Both the position numbers and the translations under genes were made by a program. The notes under the pieces are model-generated. The model did no database searches, was not told the DNA's origin, and saw only the letters and a list, made by a program, of their open reading frames with translations. Positions 52,501-64,000 of a DNA stretch of 64,000 nucleotides are shown here, in pieces (position 1 is the stretch's first letter; every line of letters starts with the position of its first letter). This DNA is from Eukaryota sp. GEM-RC1 (Eukaryota), in the NCBI GenBank assembly GCA_040285855.1, contig JAUFOQ010000010.1:1426001-1490000 (forward strand). Direction: 5' to 3'.

Positions 52501-54111
52501 AACCTGTAGTATTTAAATCAAACTACAAACAACAATTGAGGAGGAGGACATTTTTAAAATAGTTTGAGTACTTGTATTTCATCTTCAGACAATGAAGAAG
52601 TTTAATTGGATGTAATCAAGTTTTGAATTTCCAGATGAGCACTAGCTTTGAGCTTTTTTTCACGTGATGACCATAAGTCAAGAGAATTCTTGATTAAAAT
52701 TGTATTGAAATAAAAGAAAAACTGTATAAATTAGCATCAATTGAACAAGGTGAAGAAAAAAACAGATTAAGGATATGATGTGATGTAGAATCTATTTTTG
52801 ACGTTTTTACATTATAGATACGACAAAATTAAGAAACAATTAATCCAGATAAATACTCTAATTGAAATGAACCAATGAGTATAACTAATTCTCATAGTGA
52901 TATAGTCCCACACCTCGAAAAATTCAGGAATCTACATCTACACGCCGATAATTTTGAAACTATTTTTGATCACGTAAACAGCGCAACACTGCAATTATCG
53001 TTGATGCAATGTTACCAAAAATAGTTTACGTAATTAATCCCACACAAACGGATTAAAGCTTGTATGTAAGTTTTCATCAATTACTAATTATTCATAAAAA
53101 CAAAAGTATAGTTGTAGCAAGACACAAGACAAGGAGTGGAAACAAAACAATGACTGATAGTCACATCGAACTTGTCGGTCAATCTTTGAGACACTTCTGA
53201 GAACAATAAATATCGGTCACAATAGACAGTGATACATTCAGCAATTTTAAGTTTGCAAACGGGGCCAAACTGAGTTTGAGTCGAGAGAAAATATGATATA
53301 ATGATTGTATTTATGTTGTGTTATACATATAAGAAGTAATGAGAGTGTTAATTCAGTAAATCCGTACTGGATTTGTTGTGCACCAGATTACTTTGTCATT
53401 CACGCAATTTTGCGATTTCAGTGGCAGAAAGATTAGCTTGAGGTCTAAACAAAGAACACATAGACTTTACTTGTTTACATAGTCTTGAGTTATGATCATA
53501 GAGCATAAGAAAAGTTTATTGTGGACCCAAAAAGGTAACCTTCATACAACAATACGATTATTTACAAACAAACAGGTAAAATAAATGAACAAAAACTGTT
53601 GCGATGGAGTGTTGTGCTGTGACACTAGACACCACCAAAGATACAATAAGTCTAAACTATTAGATCATTACAGAAAGTTAGCATGGCGTGTTGCTTAAAG
53701 TGTAACATACATTTGGAAAATCTCACACATTTGGTATTATCAACATCACAAAGCCACAGATCTGTTGTTGAAATATGTCTGGATTAAAATTAATCTACTA
53801 CATGCTATTGACGGCTTTTGAAGTCAGAAATGGCTTTTTGACACAAGTCAAATTTGGACAAGCAATCAGGTCTATCTGAATACTGATGTATGATAAATGA
53901 CAATTTATACTATATGAAATTAACATAAAAGTACTTCAGTAAATACACAAAAATTTCATGAAATCTGTGACAAGGTCAATATTGACGTAGACTACTTTGT
54001 AACTTCAGAAATGGTTATGAAACTTGAATGAAAACAGTTAATAACATGTTTTTCAATATACTAAAAAATGTAGCCAACAAATTTGGAAATCATTGCATCA
54101 ATAAACATTTA

Positions 54112-56550
54112 CTACAACCATCCTCTTCTTTTCAAAACGTCAGTAGGAATACAATCACCTAATTCTACTTTCTTTTCCCCCCAAAAACTTAGTAAATCTG
54201 GATCCGGTAGACTATCCTGGTAAAAAGTGATTAAGCTTTGAATGCCGATAGTATTATTTAGGTTTGCGGACTTTAAGAACAATTCGAGGGCCTTTTGCCG
54301 GTTCCTTGGTACCATAATACCGGAGCGATACTTTTCGCCTAAATTTCTCATTGCATTCGAATTCCCTCGGTCAGCTGCCAATTTGAAATATTTAATTGCA
54401 TCATTTAAATTTAGCTCCACATCAGTACCATCAGATAACAAGCATCCCATAGTATTCAGAGTGCCAGGATTTCCCATATCAATAGCATGTTTTAAATATC
54501 TCAGACTTTCTTGAACATTCTTTTCAACTCCTAATCCATTAGAATAACAATGATGTATTGCAGAAAATGCTTCTGAATATCCTAATTGTGCCGCCTTTTT
54601 GAACAACTGAAGAGCTTCACTTTCATTCTTGTCAAGTCCTTGACCATTTAAAAAACAATATCCCAAATTAAGAATTCCAAAAACATTTCCCAACTCAGCA
54701 GATTTTTGAAAATATTCAGCAGCTTTCGCATGATTCTTTTCTACACCTAAGCCTAAAATATAACAACTTCCTAATTTGAAAATGCAATCACCGTGGTTGT
54801 GATTAGCACCTTCATTAAACAAAGTAAAAGCCTTTTCATAATTCTGAGTTACAAAATGTCCATTGAAGAAATTCATTGCATCGGAGTACAATTGATTTCC
54901 AGCTTTGAGCTCTTTTTCACGTGATGACCAGAAGTCAAGCGAAGTCTTTGCAATGAAGGATGTGATAGATGACCCAAGCTTACTATCGTTGCTCATCTCC
55001 ATTAAAAAATGTAAAAACTTCATCACGTTCAAATCTGTTTTGTTCATAATTAATGACACACATTTTGAAAAGGAGTCATTTGTCCAAGAAAAATTGAATT
55101 GCTCGGAATTTTTCCAGGATTTCACCAGACATTTTCCAAGCCATACACCAAAATCCCCAGGAATTATTGAGCAAAGAAGTTCAAGATAGTTTTTGGCAAA
55201 CATAAATTAGGATAGTTTTCTAAAGACTCTAAAGTAACAATAGAAAGAAAACAGTCAGCAAAAAGATTCAAATCAGTGAAATAATTAGAATTCTTTTGTA
55301 AGGTCCATAGAAACCAATCTGGAGGAATATTTGTAAAACGTTTGACATTTTGAAAAATATACATTGACCAGTCCAACAACGTGGAATTTAAGTGATCATC
55401 ACCAAGGGAATCTAAAAGCTCGAAAATCTTGAAAAACTCAACTCGAAACTCCGCTGGCAATTTTAAAAGTTCATTGGTTTTTGGATCTACAAAATATTCA
55501 TTCTTGTATAACTCAATTAAACATTTAAACAACCAAAAAGGAGCAACAATAGGCAATAAGGTAGTAATAAAAGAAACTCTTAGGGGGAAAGATGGACTGT
55601 CAATATTTGAAAAAGTTGAAAAAATCTGGGTATTTTGATCAATGAAGTAAAATTGATTCTTGTCATTACAAGTTTTCAATAGAGAAAAAAGCTCTTCTCT
55701 TGAAAAGAACTCGAAACAAGGAAGTTTTTACAATCCAATATCAACTGATCCACTTGAAAATAAACTGATAATTGAAAAAACTCCAAAATATTTGAAATAC
55801 TGAATTCAACAGAATTCTCATAGTGAATAAGTCCGAAAAACAAACCAAAAACATCTTCAGATACACCTGGAAATTCATCAGAATATTCAAAATTTCTAAC
55901 AGCTGAATCTTTAAATTCACATGTAATTAAATTCTGAAACATTTTTGAAAATGAAATCAATAAGATAGAGTTCAATGTAGCAGATGTGTTTTTGTAAGAA
56001 ACACGGACGTCTTTAGGGCAAGATTCTACCATTTTTAAAATTAACTTTTTGAATCCAATTTAAAATTGTTATCCTCAAAGTTTCCCAACCCTTTTGTCAT
56101 TCTCTCAGTAACAAACTGACTTAACTCCTGGAACTGAAGAAGAGAAGCAATGACAGAAATAGATGTAACATTTTCAGGAGTAACAGTAAGAGATTGACCA
56201 TAGAGAGTTGACAGTACTGAGAAGAAGATATCAGAATCTGTAAGAAAAGGAAGTAGAGGGAACTCTATTGTGGTAGATTCCAGACCCTTCTCCTTAAGAA
56301 CAGGACTGAAAGCACTGACAACGGAAGAATGACAGTGGAAAGAGTTGCCATTGTAGGTAATGACAGCGTCAGTAAGAAGGTTGTCGCTTTGCAGAGAATA
56401 GAGATTGTTGCAGAAGCAATCCGAAGGGAAGCAATAAGTATTTGGAAGAGCAAGACTATCTAGAACTCGAGGGCGTTTAGAAGGAGGACTTTTGACGTCA
56501 GTGGTGTTGGAAGTTCTAGAAGAGGGTCGAGAGTCACTTGAATTGGTCAT
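54112..56550 (-). CDS. BTB-BTB-helical-SEL1 repeat protein, copy 3
   Basis: Four ORFs collinear with copy 1; each of the three breaks is one base short in an A or T run. Confidence 0.85.
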
Positions 56551-57769
56551 GAGATTGGGTATTCTTCAAGTTCATATCAAAGATATACACCAATATAAAG
56601 GCAATTTGCCTCAACCTCCCTCCTTAGAATGTTCTAGTCAATGATTCTTGCCCACTCTTTCCCAGAGTTTCTTCTATATATCAGTAGTTCTTTTATTGGT
56701 AGTTCAAAGCGACTCTCACTTTTGTCTATCCCTCTACGCTGTGTACGTACATTGTTCAACATTAAGGAAGTTGATGTCAGATAAGTCGTCTTTAACAAAG
56801 TTCAACATTACGAAGGAGACGTGCTTGTTGACCTAACATGATTCTCTGTTTCCTCACTCATTAGTTAAATCTTTTCTTTCCACTACTTCAGTAATCGATA
56901 GTTGATCTTACTACCATTTCTAATGTTATTGAGTCCTTGTACGTCTACTGGACAACCTAAATAAGTAAGGCAATGTCTCTTTTTCAGCTACTTAGTAAGG
57001 TTCAAGTCAACTCAGTTATTATAAGAACACTTATTTAATGACAATAATCGTTCGGAATATCCATTTAATAGAATGTCTCAATGACTATTCTTTTGGTCTT
57101 AATTTGTATAGAGTCTCTTTTCCCACATACTTTGATGCATCATGTTTCTCTATATCTAGTTTTTGCAAACAATGTATGATAATTTCGAATACCAATGTTT
57201 GAACATTAGGTCAAAAGATTTTTAGTTTCTGATATCATCAATTTAATAGGAGAACTTTAAAGGTGATTTTTTGATGTTGAAAGAAAATGTTCATCATCTA
57301 TGATTTTTTTTAAACAATTGTAACAATTAATCTGCTTATCAATAACTGACAACATTGTTGTAGGATAAAATTGTTTTCTACAAATTGATTCAAACTGTTA
57401 CCAGATTCACAAATTTTCATTCATATCATTTCGAGATCTGTAACAAGTCTGATTATCGTGGCACGATCTCGAAATTGATTGATCTTGCTACTGTTCGTCT
57501 GGTAAACCCACTATCTAACCAACAAGGATCGAATGGATTCGAGCTATATGTAATTGACCAGTCTGGGTTTTACATGCATTGATACACTCCACAATGATAC
57601 TGGTAACATGGCCACATCTGCTTCTGGGAAACATGAATTCCAGTCAGTATTCCGGATCTGCTGTTTTACAGATATATTCAGCTGCAGATTTGATTACTAA
57701 AGTCATTTCTTTAAAGAACTGCTGATACTCATCCAAGGATTTAGCCGAGTAAGATTAAATAAGTTCTAG

Positions 57770-59250
57770 GAAATCGTCATAAATACCAATTTTCTTCAAC
57801 ACATATTTCGTAAATACCAACTACTTCAATGACAAACATAGACATCTTCAGAATGAAAGACATGTATGATACAATGACACAACGACTTGAAAGAGTAGTA
57901 CTCTACGGAAGCATCACAAAAGAGCCCTTCTCTAAGAAGTGAACAAGCATGCCGTGTGATCTCTGCTGTTCTATACAAGGCTGTGACTGTGTCCTTTATG
58001 TCTCTAGAAACAAAAGATCGGACATTGTTATTGTTAGACGCTTTGCTGAGCACCTCCTGCATAAATGATTTGTACATCAAACCTGCCTATAAGGTTCGTC
58101 AATATGAAGTTATTCGCCACAACTCCAATCTTCAAGAGCTGGTCTGTGAATACCCGTTGGTGTCTGCCAAAAAGGTGGCTGATATTTTAGAAAAAACTTA
58201 CTACGTTCCGACTGGTTCTGTCTCAAAACCAAAAGCTTTACGTGCTAGAAATCTTGCGAGAATACAGGTCCATGGCACTTGTGAACAGGGGTATGGTGAC
58301 TTGCCGCAATATTGTCAAGAGATTATGTCGTCTAATCCCGGAAGCCACACTGTTGTTGAAGTTGACAGTAAGAATAGATTTTTGAGGGTGTTTGTGGCAC
58401 TTGAAGCTTGTATAAAAGCTGCCCAAGTACTGCAAGAATCTGATAGCCTTTGATGGAACTCATTTGCATGGAAAGTATAAGAGCATTTTATTAGCAGCCA
58501 CTACTATTGATGGTGAGGAACATCTTCTCCCAATCGAAATTGCTGTAGTCAATCAGGAAAACAAAGAAAACTGGTTGTGGTTGTGGTTTATGAGCATGTT
58601 TGAACAAGCGGTAACAATGGAAAACATTCCTACATTTATCAGTGATCGAAAGAAAGGTTTGCTAGATGACTTCAGATTCTCCTCATGCTTTTTGCGTAAG
58701 ACATTTAACTGAAAACTTGGCCAAAAAATGTGGAAAACAGGAAGTTATTGCAGAGGTTTGGATATCAGCGAAGGCAACAAAAGAAAAACAAGTAATCGCC
58801 TCTTTGAACAGAGTATGAGCGAATTCAGAGAAGGCTTATCAGTTTCTAATAGATGTTGGTCTTGAACATTGGACTACTGTGTACTTTCCGGCAAAACATT
58901 ACGGTCATGTAACTTGTCACGTAACTGAGAGTTTGAATTCCTGGATGAGTTCATTGAGAGAATTACCAGTAACTTCTCTGTTAGAAAACTACAGAATGAA
59001 ACTAATGGACTGGTTCACCTCAAGATTGAATGACTGAAGACATTGGGAGAAAAAGAAACAAGAAAAGACTGTTATGAAGGCCATTCGACAACAACTTTGT
59101 GAAAACCAGACCAAATCGATTTGTATGAATGTAAGTTTGAGTACATGACAAGAGTTTATCATTGGAGAGATTTGTGATGGAACCTACCGATATATTACTT
59201 AAGTTTCTTCTTCCAAATATGACAAAAAATAAGAGAAATTGCTGAACTTA
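57770..59250 (+). mobile_element. Decayed MuDR-type MULE transposase
   Basis: YGDLPQYCQEIMSSNPGS, RFLRVFVA, FDGTHLHGKYKSILLAA, ENKENW, FISDRKKGL, HAFCVRH, TESLNS. Confidence 0.88.
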
Positions 59251-60362
59251 ACTCGTCTACGAACAGTTCATGGACTGCTACTGAGTTGTGAATGAAGTAA
59301 AGACGAAGTTAATGTACGTTAATTTTACCGGAGACCAATACCCTCGTATAGTGATCAGTATATTCTCTTAAAATACCGATCATTACATAAGTAAATGTAT
59401 TAAAAATACAATCAAATTCGATTATAACAAGCAGTGACATATTAATGGGATTACTGTTGTAATGGGAATCAAATAAAATCATAATATGAAAGCATCTGAC
59501 GATAATGACGTCCTTCCTACCGTTAAGACTTTATCAAACATCACAAAGCAATAATAGCCAATTGTTTGGTACAAAAATAGCCATATCTAGATGTAAAAAA
59601 ATTATTCGGCAATCATAGATTAACATCACTATAAAACTATGAATTTGGAAAAACAAGTAGAAATACTATGATTATCTCTAAAAAAACGGCAATGTTTTTC
59701 AGCAATAGATTACGTTTTCGAAGTGAAACTTGTGTATTTCTTTTCATATTTATATTTTGATAACTGGAGCATACAGTGACAGCTCTGCATTGAAATCTAA
59801 AAGTACGATGCTTCTTCTTGTACAGCTCTTAAAAGTCATTACGAAATTGTTCAACTGCAGGACTAATCGATCTGAAATGAGAAGCATCAAAATGATGACA
59901 ATTAGATATGGAATATGATTTGTCATTAAATTTCCATTTAAAATTTTCCCTTTGGGAGTCATTCTTACAATGTTTTTTTGTTTTTGTGATTGTCTTGTTA
60001 CAAACATCAGTACTGTATCATATGTCCACGACAATGTAAGAAGATTGGTTTATGTGAAGGCAAATAGTGGTAATTGACGGAAATCTTGGGTTAACTGGAT
60101 GTTATGTGAAATCGTGAATTAAGATTTATTTCATTCAGAGTATATTTGAGAATTCTTCATTCATTAGTCTAATTCAGATTAATGTAAACCTGACACATAA
60201 ACGTGTACCTCATAATGTAGGAGAGAAAGTTAAACAAGATGCAATTTGAACATCATCAAGTATAGTCCACCATACGAAACAGTGCCCTCCAATGGCCTTC
60301 TGTCGATAAAAAACTTGTAGACAACACGTGCATCAAACGCCGAATATATACAGCTTCATATA

Positions 60363-62808
60363 CTAGAATAATCCCATTCTTTTCAAATCGTCAGTGGGTA
60401 GACAATCATCTAATTCTACTTTCTTTTGTTCCCAGTAACTTACTTGTTCTGGTACAGAACTGCCTTTGTAGAAAGTGATCAGTCTATCAATTCCAGTATT
60501 ATTATTTAGGTTTGCTGATTGTAGAAACAATTCCAGTGCTTTTTGGGTGTTCTTTGGAACAAAAACACCTGATTCGTGCTCTTCGCCTAAGTGTGTCATT
60601 CCTGTAGATGATCCTCCTTCAGCTGCCAATTTAAAATAATTAAATGCCTCATGGTAATTCTGCTCGACATCATCCCCATTCCAAAGCAAACATCCCATCT
60701 CATTCAGAGCTTCAGCATTTCCCATATCAATTGCAACTTGTAAATGTTGAAGAGCTTCTGGAACATTCTTTTCATCTCCTAATCCCTCATAATAACAGAG
60801 AAATAGTCCATAAAATGCTTGAGAATATCCTAAATCTGCCGCCTTTTTAAACCGCAACAGAGCTTCATTGATGTTCTTGTCAAGTCCTTTGCCATATAAA
60901 AAACAATATCCCAGATTTAGCATTCCAAAAAGATTTCCCAATTCTGCAGATTTTTTAAAATATTCAGCAGCTTTCGCCCTATTCTTTTGGATACCTAAGC
61001 CTAAATAATAATAACTTCCTAATTTGAGGATCGAATCAACGTGATTGTGACTATCACCTTCATTAAACAAGGTAAAAGCTTTTTCATAGTTCTGAGTTAC
61101 AAGATGTCCATAGAAGTAATTCAATCCATCTGAATACATTTGATTGATATTATTGAGCTGCTCGCTACGTGAATAGAAGTCAAGAGAAGTCTTGGCAATG
61201 AAGGTTGTGATAGAGGATCCAAGTTTACTATCGTTGCTGATCTCCATTAACTCATATAAAAACTGGACTACGTTCAAATCAGTTTTTGCATAATTAAGGA
61301 AATACATTTGAAAAAACAATCATTTGTCCAAGAAAAATTGAAATTGTTAGAATTCTTCCAAGAATTCACAAGAAATTTTCCAAGCCACACGCCGAAATCA
61401 CCAGGAAGCAACGAACAAAGAAGTTCAAGACACTTCTGTGGCAAACATAAATTGGCATAATTCTCTAAAGACTCTAATGTAACAATTGAAAGAAAACAGT
61501 CACCAAAAAGATGTAAATCAGTGAAATAATTAGAATTCTTTTGTAAGGTCCATAGAAACCATTCGGGAGGAATACTTTTAAAACTTTTCACATTTTGAAA
61601 AATATAAGTTGACCACTCCAACAACGTGGAATTTAAGTGATCATCACTAGAGGAATCTATTAGTTCGAAAATTTTGAAGAAATGAGCTAGAACCTGCTCT
61701 GGAAAATTTAATAGTTCATTGGTTTTTGGATCTAAAGAATATTCATTCTTGTATAGCTCAATTAAGCATTTAAACAACCAAAAAGGATCAACAACAGGCA
61801 ATAATAAAGTAATAAAAGTAACTCTTAGGGGGAAAGGTGGACTGTCAATATTTGAAAAAATTGAAAAAATCTCGGTATTTTGATCAATGAAGTAGAATTA
61901 ATTCTTGTCGTTACAAGTTTTCAAAAGATAAAAAAGTTCTTCTCTTGAAAAGAATTCGAAACGAGAAAGTTTTTACAATCCAATTTCAACTGATCTACTT
62001 GGAAATAAACAGATAATTGAAAAAACTCCAAAATATTTGAAATACTAAATTCAACAGAATTCTCATAGTGAATAAGTCCGAAAAACAAACCAAAAAGATC
62101 TTCAGAAACACCCGGAAATTCATCAGAATATTCAAAATTTCTCACAGCTGAATCTTTAAATTCACATGTAATTAAATTCTGAAACATTTTTGAAAATGAT
62201 ATCAATAAGACAGAGTTCAAAGTGATATACGTGTTATTATAAGAAACACGTATGTCTTTAGGGCAAGATTCTACAATTTTTAAAATTAACTGTTTTAAAT
62301 CCAATTTAAAACTGTTATCCTCAAAGTTGACAAGCCCGTTTGTCATTCTCTCAAAAACAAACTCACTTAACTCCTGGAACTGAAGAAGAGAAGCAATAAA
62401 AGACACATAATTAACATTTTCAGGAGTAACAGTAAGAGATTGGCCATAGAGAGTTGACAAGACTGAGAAGAAGATATCAGAATTTGTAAGGAAAGGAAGT
62501 AAAGGGAAGTCTATTGTGGTAGATTCCAGAACCTTCTCCCTAAGAACAGGACTGAAAGCACTGACAACGAAGGAATGACAGGGGAAAGAGTTGCCATCAT
62601 AGGTAATGACAGTATCAGTAAGAATGTTGTCTATTTACAGGGAATAGAGGTTGTTGCAGAAGCAATCTGAAGGGAAGCAATAAGTATTTGGAAGAGCAAG
62701 ACTATCTAGAACTCGAGGGCGTTTAGAAGGAGGACTTTTGACGTCAGTGGTGTTGGAAGTTCTAGAAGAGGGTCGAGAGTCACTTGAATTGGACATGAGA
62801 TTGGGCAT
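60363..62808 (-). pseudogene. BTB-BTB-helical-SEL1 repeat protein, copy 4
   Basis: Collinear with copy 1 and reads through the KLDLKQLILK junction. In-frame TAA at 62635-62637 (CAA in paralogs) plus two homopolymer frameshifts. Confidence 0.8.
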
Positions 62809-63296
62809 TCTTCAAGTTCATATCAAAGACATACACCAATGTAAAGGCATTCTGCCTCGTTCCCTCTCCTTAGAATGTTCTAGCCAATGATTCTGGTTCA
62901 GTCACTTCCACCGTCAATTCTTCCATTTAAGTCCTTTTGCTAATTCAAGCTGAATTGCTTTTTGCATTGATGTTATTTCCTTCTATTTCCTTCTCTTAAC
63001 TGTCCTTATGGAACTTATCGGACAGTTTCCGTCTTCTTTTGACTTCTTTTGGTGATGTGATGATCCATGAGTCCTTAGCTTTTACATTCACTTTGAACTG
63101 TTTCTCTATTTGTGACTTGCTTTGGGTCCATACTTTGAAAAAAAATTTCTGATTTTTGTTGGTGAAAGCAAATTTCAGCACTCAAATTCGTGAATCTACC
63201 CGTGTGACAGAATTTGAATTTGGAATTTCAGATTTCGTATGTATGTGACAGAATTTGAATTCCCAATTTGGAAATGTGAAGATGAATTAAAACTCT

Positions 63297-64000
63297 TTAT
63301 AGATATAAAAAAACTAGAATACAGATTAGGGATGGAACATAAAAGTGGAGGAAAAGGTGGGTTAGGTTGAGGTGCAGACTCATCCGAGAGATTCGAAGAT
63401 GGATTTCTAGAGTGTTGGATAACCGCCGCCTTAGGATACTTGTTTTGTGCTGTCTGATTTGTTTCAAACGAGAGCGAGTTGCATTTTCTGCTGTTGTCAA
63501 CATTGAAGCCATTTGTTCAAGTGGGTTCAATAAAGAAGGAGCAGAGAGATTTAACCACCATTGACGACCGAAGTCTTCCAATGTTAGAGCAGAGTCGTTG
63601 GAGATAAGTTTTGCAAGGGAGTCCATTCACAGTTCTATTCCAATGGGAGCATTGTGGAGTCCTTTGGTCTAAAGATTCAAGACAGGATAGGACATTGTTA
63701 AGAGCGTAAGAAGAGATTATCCTAACAACATGTTTGAAGAAGTCATTGTTAACAAGTCTTCTGTCAACTGTTGATTTATCATCAGCTACAGTTCTTCTAT
63801 AATCTGCTAACTGTTGAACAATGTACTCGTGAATTTGATGCATTGCCCCCATAACATTCCTTGAGGTCATTCGAGAAGTTGCTTTCAGTGAATTGTGTGC
63901 ACTTTCTGCTCTGCCCATAGTGCTCGTATTGAAGTGCTTCAGTTTGTCGACATGGCAATGCAAGAAGTTCTTCGACACTTTCATTGAGTGATCAGTTAGA
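63297..64000 (-). mobile_element. MULE transposase 3' portion, running off the window
   Basis: HFNTSTMGRAESAHNSLK and SWIM-like CSHWNRTVNGLPCK; repeated TGACAGAATTTGAATT at ~63205-63260 may be subterminal. Confidence 0.75.

Noticed and set aside
60040..60090. Candidate right TIR for the MuDR remnant starting at ~57770
   Set aside because: Similarity to the left end is too weak and there is no TSD.
1..64000. rRNA, tRNA or prokaryotic operons
   Set aside because: None recognisable by eye; gene content is eukaryotic. Covariance-model searches were not run.

Overview
AT-rich, apparently intron-poor eukaryotic (protist-like) DNA. It is an accessory, repeat-rich region in which expanded protein-interaction gene families are interleaved with transposons. 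Genes: a TRIM-like RING/B-box/B-box/coiled-coil protein; three RI-type LRR genes (one fused to an eIF4B/4H-like RRM, one about 2000 aa with composite repeats, one disrupted); at least five copies of a BTB-BTB-SEL1 gene; a small secreted protein with a deleted inverted paralog; and a degenerate tandem SET pair. Mobile DNA: hAT MITEs with 8-bp TSDs, several MULE transposase remnants, and a complete Ty3/gypsy retrotransposon at 13635-20295. That element is the standout. Its LTRs are only 66 bp (TG...CA, 4-bp TSD GAAT), its start codon lies inside the 5' LTR, its stop codon and polypurine tract abut the 3' LTR, and a palindrome sits where a tRNA primer-binding site is expected. Most ORF breaks are single-base indels in homopolymers and are probably long-read errors. 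All domain calls come from motif recognition by eye; no searches were run.
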